Shown: piece by piece, positions 20,734 through 25,645 of the stretch
How the letters are laid out: each line of letters starts with the position of its first letter
How positions within the stretch are numbered: position 1 is the first letter of the stretch
Source of the DNA: Octopus sinensis
Lineage: Eukaryota
Reading direction: 5' to 3'
DNA length: 25,645 nt
NCBI RefSeq assembly: GCF_006345805.1
Contig: NW_021836103.1
Span: 1 to 25,645, forward strand
Position numbers and translations under genes: made by a program
The notes under the pieces: model-generated
The model's database searches: none
What the model was told of the DNA's origin: nothing
Seen by the model: the letters and a program-made list of their open reading frames with translations, nothing else

Positions 20734-21960
20734 ATGAACATGATGATGATGATGGAAAATAACCAAACGCCCACCTTCGAAAGTGTTTTTGGGTGCCAGA
20801 CGATCGACTACACGTTTGAAAATATATCCATTGACAACATGTCCGCCTCGCAATTCGGTGCGGAAAACTGTTTGTTGGATACGGTGCAGATGGACGTTGG
20901 CGATAAGATCTATGCCTTCTCGACACCGGTGATTTTTGCTATGGGCATATTGGGTAACTCTATTTCGTTGAAGATATTCTTATCGAAAAATTTCCGGCGC
21001 CAAGCAGGCGGCGTGTATTTGGCGTCGCTGTCTTGTGCCGATATATTCGCTTTGGTATTCTACGTTATGACAGAATGGCTGAAGAAAATACCGCTGTTTC
21101 TAATGTACAGACGTAAGATACCCGTCTTAGATACAGAAGGAATGTGCCAAATGATACAGTTCTTATCATACACGTTCCGTTTTCTTTCTTCTTGGCTGGT
21201 AGTCATATTCACCGTCGAAAGATACATTGGTGTGTGTCATCCCTTCAAAAGGCTCGAATGGTGCACGACGAAAACAGCGCGAAGAAGCATAGGGTTTCTG
21301 GTGATCCTTTCGCTCGCCATCAACTCTTATAAACCTGCATTGACCAAAGTTTATCGACTTCACGGCGACTTAACAAAGTGTACCGGAAATTTAGACTACA
21401 GATATCTTTCGTTCGTCTTGGACAGTATCTATGCCGTCTCCATTACATTTGTACCGTTCGTATTTATCTTCATGCTCAACGTGCTTATTATTCGAGCATT
21501 GGTCCGTTTAAAGCGAAGGCAAAAGACCAACCAGGTGAAAGCCAAAGAAGCTGTCGGTCGAACAGACTTCACACTTTTATTATTGATGATATCCTTCTGT
21601 TTCATAGCGTTCAAACTTCCATTTTTCGTTATCTGGTGCCAACAGTTCTTCTTCACCATTAAACTGGAGAGAAGTGACTTAGACGAAATCAACGACCACA
21701 ATAGGCTGTTGGTAATGAAAGAAGCTCTGAACATATCTAGAATCATATTTTACATGAGTTACGTTACAAATTTCTTTCTCTACAGTTTTGTGGGGTCTTC
21801 CTTCCGTCTTGAATTGAAGCGACTATTGTCATGTCGCCACAAGAAAGGACGTAGCAACAACTGGACGCCACAACGAACATATTTACGTTCCGAAATAAGC
21901 CATGTGGAATCCTTTCACCGTAACACGACTGGTAAGCACCAGAGTATAGATGAAGTATGA
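20734..21960 (+). CDS. class A (rhodopsin-like) GPCR, FMRFamide-receptor-like/Srw-like peptide receptor group, 408 aa, single coding exon
   Basis: Seven hydrophobic segments: TM1 GILGN, TM2 YLASLSCAD, TM3 C...SSWLVVIFTVERYIGVCHP, ECL2 Cys (TKCTG), TM5 VPF...LN, TM6 SFCFIAFKLPF, TM7 NFFLY, then helix 8 FRLELKRLL. N-glycosylation sequons NQT, NIS and NMS lie in the N-terminus. An in-frame TGA at 20719-20721 places the first ATG at 20734 (the track's start at 20725 is a TTG). Confidence 0.95.
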   Translation: MNMMMMMENNQTPTFESVFGCQTIDYTFENISIDNMSASQFGAENCLLDTVQMDVGDKIYAFSTPVIFAMGILGNSISLKIFLSKNFRRQAGGVYLASLSCADIFALVFYVMTEWLKKIPLFLMYRRKIPVLDTEGMCQMIQFLSYTFRFLSSWLVVIFTVERYIGVCHPFKRLEWCTTKTARRSIGFLVILSLAINSYKPALTKVYRLHGDLTKCTGNLDYRYLSFVLDSIYAVSITFVPFVFIFMLNVLIIRALVRLKRRQKTNQVKAKEAVGRTDFTLLLLMISFCFIAFKLPFFVIWCQQFFFTIKLERSDLDEINDHNRLLVMKEALNISRIIFYMSYVTNFFLYSFVGSSFRLELKRLLSCRHKKGRSNNWTPQRTYLRSEISHVESFHRNTTGKHQSIDEV

Positions 21961-22194
21961 AAATTCATTTTGAAAGACAGTAATGGTGTACGAAAGCAAC
22001 ATTGCGTGAACAGCGCACAAGAACAAAACTAACGGACAAGAAAACGATCCCCGGTTTGACGCAAATGAACGTTCGTATACACGTGATACAATGGAACGGA
22101 ACTAAAAGAATTGATGAGCTTGTTCCTGCACACATGCATACATAAAACATTCATGCAGATTTCTTCATAATTTTCATTTATTCATTTATAAATA

Positions 22195-22297
22195 TAACTA
22201 TATAAATATATACATATATATGTATGTATATGTATATATATATTATATATATATATTATATATATATTATATATATACATATATATGTATGTATATG

Positions 22298-22369
<72 letters not shown>

Positions 22370-22385
22370 TATGTGTATGTAAATA
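22195..22385. repeat. (TA)n-rich microsatellite
   Basis: Direct inspection. Confidence 0.9.
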
Positions 22386-22499
22386 TGTATATCTGTTATT
22401 GGCTTTCATTATTGGAGGTTAAAGTCGATAACATTGACTCAAATAACTTGGCTGTTACTTTATAGACATCTGAAGATAAAAAAAAAACAACGTCAGAAC

Positions 22500-22597
22500 A
22501 CATACATACACACATACATACATACATACATACATACATACATACATACATACATACATACATACATACATACATACATACATACATGTATACATAT
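22500..22597. repeat. (TACA)n microsatellite
   Basis: Direct inspection. Confidence 0.92.
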
Positions 22598-23742
22598 GAA
22601 CAAAAAAAAAACAGAAAAAGTTTCGAGTTTATTACGGACGAAAGAAGATATCCACATTTTTATCAAAATATGCTACTGGCTTCAGTTGTTTTATATGATT
22701 ATTTAATCAGGTTGAAAGGGAATAGAAAATAAATTGAAATAAATTAAATTAAATTAAATGGCGCTGGTTGATGAATTTTATAAGAAAAGCATATGACTTC
22801 CCAAAACTGGTATTATAAAAAATTAATTTGAACTGTCTTTCCAATTAATTTTACTTCTCTTACAGTATGACTAATTACTCTTATAAAACAATTGAAACCG
22901 GTAACAAATTTGATTTTAAAAAGCTTTTTTTATCCATGATGAGGGTCTCAAAGTATTTTCTTCTCTTTGTTTTTTAATAAACATTTACTTTTGTGAAACC
23001 TCTTAATCTTATCAATATAATATGCTATATATAACATACACGTGTGGGCGGATGCACGTTTTGATGGGTTCCGTGTGAAATTTTGAAATCTTTGAAAATC
23101 TGTAATATTTTATTCACAAAAATTGATCCGTGAAAAGGGTGAAATCCAAATTCCAATGAACGATAATGAGCATTACATTCACCAGCTTGAAACGGAAAGC
23201 AGCAAACAGCCCACTTACTGAAATCGAACCACATACCTCTTGCTTACCAATGTAAACCTACCTATCGGTAATGCTACAGAACTCCAGTCGATCGGTTTTC
23301 TGAAATTAGTTACGACTTATTTCTGCTTTTTTTAAGCGAATTAAAAGGGGATCCTTCATCAGTCACTTAGCGCTAGCAAGATAGGTGCTGCTTCTAATGT
23401 GGCAACATGATGAAGCGTCCCACCGCGGCTCGAAGTCTGCAACGAAAAATAAGTACATGAATACCTTTGTACATGGTTTGAATCGAGATCAGTTGGGCTG
23501 TGGGTCTTTTTTCTCTTTTAAACTGGTGAGTCCAATGGTTGATGTCAATTTATATTAAATATCTTCAAGAAACAATATAATAAAGAAAAGAAAGAAAAAT
23601 ATAATAGAAAGGAAACTTGAATTTCAATATTCTTCTCCGCAAACTTATACATATATATATGTATATATGTATATGTGTGTATATATATATATATACATAT
23701 ATACATACATAAGAGAACAAGATGTACGTTACGCCGCAATAA

Positions 23743-24014
23743 TATATGTATAAAAAATATATATAAGAAAATACAAAATGGGACAAGAACACAAAACACT
23801 CAAATAGACGACACAAAAAACGGACGGGTCATTCGAAGCCTCTAATCTTCAGTCAAGAACCGGATCGTCCTCGCAATTTCGGCTGATCAGCCGAAATTGC
23901 GAGGATGATCCGGTTCTTGACTGAAGATTAGAGGCTTTTTTGTGTCGTCTATTTGAGTGTTTTGCGTTCTTGTTCCATTTTGTATTTTTTTATATATATA
24001 TTTTTATACATATA
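23743..24014. repeat. 272-bp spacerless inverted repeat (palindrome), axis 23886/23887
   Basis: The arms pair over ~127 bp with 5 mismatches, and 17 nt (23821-23837) are present only in the left arm. Confidence 0.95.
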
Positions 24015-24057
24015 CATATGTGTGTGTATACATATAGTATATATGTATGTATATAAT

Positions 24058-24103
<46 letters not shown>

Positions 24104-24579
24104 ATACAATATGTATGCATGTATGTATGTATACAGCGTACACATGTGCGAGTATGTGTGTGTGTGTGTGTGTGTGTTCGAATGCATAATGTGAATATGC
24201 ATAGACGCCGATGATGACCAAGGCTAGTCTTTCGACCACACCCATCAAACTCTGAAAGCAACATGGCTACTATCGAAACTCTTCTGAAGAATATATTAAT
24301 CTTTCTACTGATCAGTCTTGAAGTCACTCAGTTTCATTTCACCAATCAATGACACGGATTTACCCAAGCAAAATTCGAACACCGACCAATTTGTCAACGA
24401 ACTATAATCAATTAAAAGCTTAAACTTTAAGCTATCAATGTATTTCTTTTTATTTTCTTCTTATTTTCATGAAATTTTTTGGAATTGCTTTCAGTTGTTT
24501 GTGTTATTTTATTTCTTTACATTTATTTCTCATATTCATATATATATATATATATCTATATATATATATATATATATTA

Positions 24580-24790
24580 TTTCTTTACTACCCACAAGGG
24601 GCTACACACAGAGGGGACAAAAAGACAGACAAACGAATTAAGTCGATACATCGACCCCAGTGCGTAACTGGTACTTAATTCATCGACCCCGAAAGGATGA
24701 GAGGCAAAGTCGATCTCGGCGGAATTTGAACCCAGAGGTAATGGCTACGCTTTTCGCCCGGTGCGCTAACGTTTCTGCCAGCTCGCCACC
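24580..24790 (-). mobile_element. tRNA-derived SINE family A, full length (~211 bp), with a Tx1-like 3' tail
   Basis: Minus strand: GGTGGCGAGCTGGCAGAAACGTTAGC (A-box), GGGTTCAAATTCC (B-box), body, then tail TGTGTGTAGCCCCTTGTGGGTAGTAAAGAAA. (TA)n lies on both sides. Confidence 0.85.
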
Positions 24791-24794
<4 letters not shown>

Positions 24795-24862
<68 letters not shown>

Positions 24863-25105
24863 CATATATATGCATGTATGTATGTATATATGTATGTATT
24901 TATGTACGTATGTATATATTATGTATGTACGTCTATGTATGTGTGTATGTATATATTCATTGTATATGAGTGTAAGTACATATCTATATAAATATATATA
25001 TCTATGTATATATATATATATTATATATATATATATATATCTGTATGTATGTATGCATGTAAGTATGTATGTATGTATGTATGTATGTATGTATGTATGT
25101 ATGTG
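24795..25105. repeat. compound (TA)n/(TATG)n microsatellite
   Basis: Direct inspection. Confidence 0.9.
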
Positions 25106-25645
25106 CCTCTGTTTCTTATGCATGTGTATGTGTGACAGTGTATGGACATAAATGTGTGCGCATGCGCATATTAAGAGGGGAAGAGGAAGAGGAAGAGGTG
25201 GAGATAATTATAGTTATGGCAATTCTATAGACTATTCTTATCTCTTGTGTTCAGAATCTTCTTATTCCCATATTATTTACTTAGCTACTTCGAGAAAAGC
25301 CACAGCCTACAGAGAGGCAACAAATAAACTCTGTCTTTGTACGATTTTACCAAAGTTCTCCCGGGGACAGAATCTGTATAACAGGTTCTACTTCTAATTC
25401 TTCCATGCGGATTTTACTAAATTGGATTCATTTTAAATTAATAGACAAATAAGAAAAAATATGGTTTCTTTTCGGAAAAGAACCCAGACGTCGGAAGGAT
25501 TTTTTTTCTCTTTGGAGTTTTTTTTTTATTTCTTTTGTTACTTGTTTTTGTTTTTCTGCTTCGTTTTGTTGTTGTTGTTGTTGTTGTTGTTATTGCTTTT
25601 TCTTGTCATATACTTCAACGTTCGAGGGTCAGCAGCAAATTTTTT

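Noticed and set aside
21144-21746. Small ORFs overlapping the GPCR in other frames and strands
   Set aside because: They are shadow ORFs of a long coding sequence with no independent evidence.
22728-22733. AATAAA as the GPCR polyadenylation signal
   Set aside because: Several AATAAA hexamers occur in this very AT-rich flank, and none can be singled out without 3' end data.
23821-23860. Minus-strand CTGAAGA...CGAATGACCCGTCC in the palindrome left arm as a hammerhead
   Set aside because: GAAU replaces GAAA and there is no credible stem II.

Overview
AT-rich, microsatellite-saturated eukaryotic DNA. The SINE families and repeat landscape suggest a coleoid cephalopod (Octopus-like), which is an inference from pattern recognition only. 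The only well-supported host gene is an intronless class A (rhodopsin-like) GPCR of the FMRFamide-receptor-like/Srw-like peptide-receptor group (ATG 20734 to 21960, + strand, 408 aa). It has a splice acceptor 195 nt upstream and a candidate non-coding exon about 14 kb upstream. Almost all other ORFs in the track are microsatellite translations. The rest of the window is a set of retroelements embedded in simple repeats: four 5'-truncated R4/Dong-type restriction-like-endonuclease (RLE) fragments from two families in (TAA)n; two copies of a ~550-bp non-coding element with identical ends in (TAA)n; a 5'-truncated Tx1/L1-clade LINE in (GATA)n with a traceable target-site duplication; a tRNA-SINE whose 3' tail matches that LINE's 3' tail; and two ~200-bp elements carrying minimal type I hammerhead ribozyme motifs (Penelope/retrozyme-like). 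Also present are a 1.2-kb 15/30-bp minisatellite, a 272-bp spacerless palindrome, a Helitron-like non-autonomous element and many tRNA-SINE remnants. All alignments and counts were done by eye and no database search was run.
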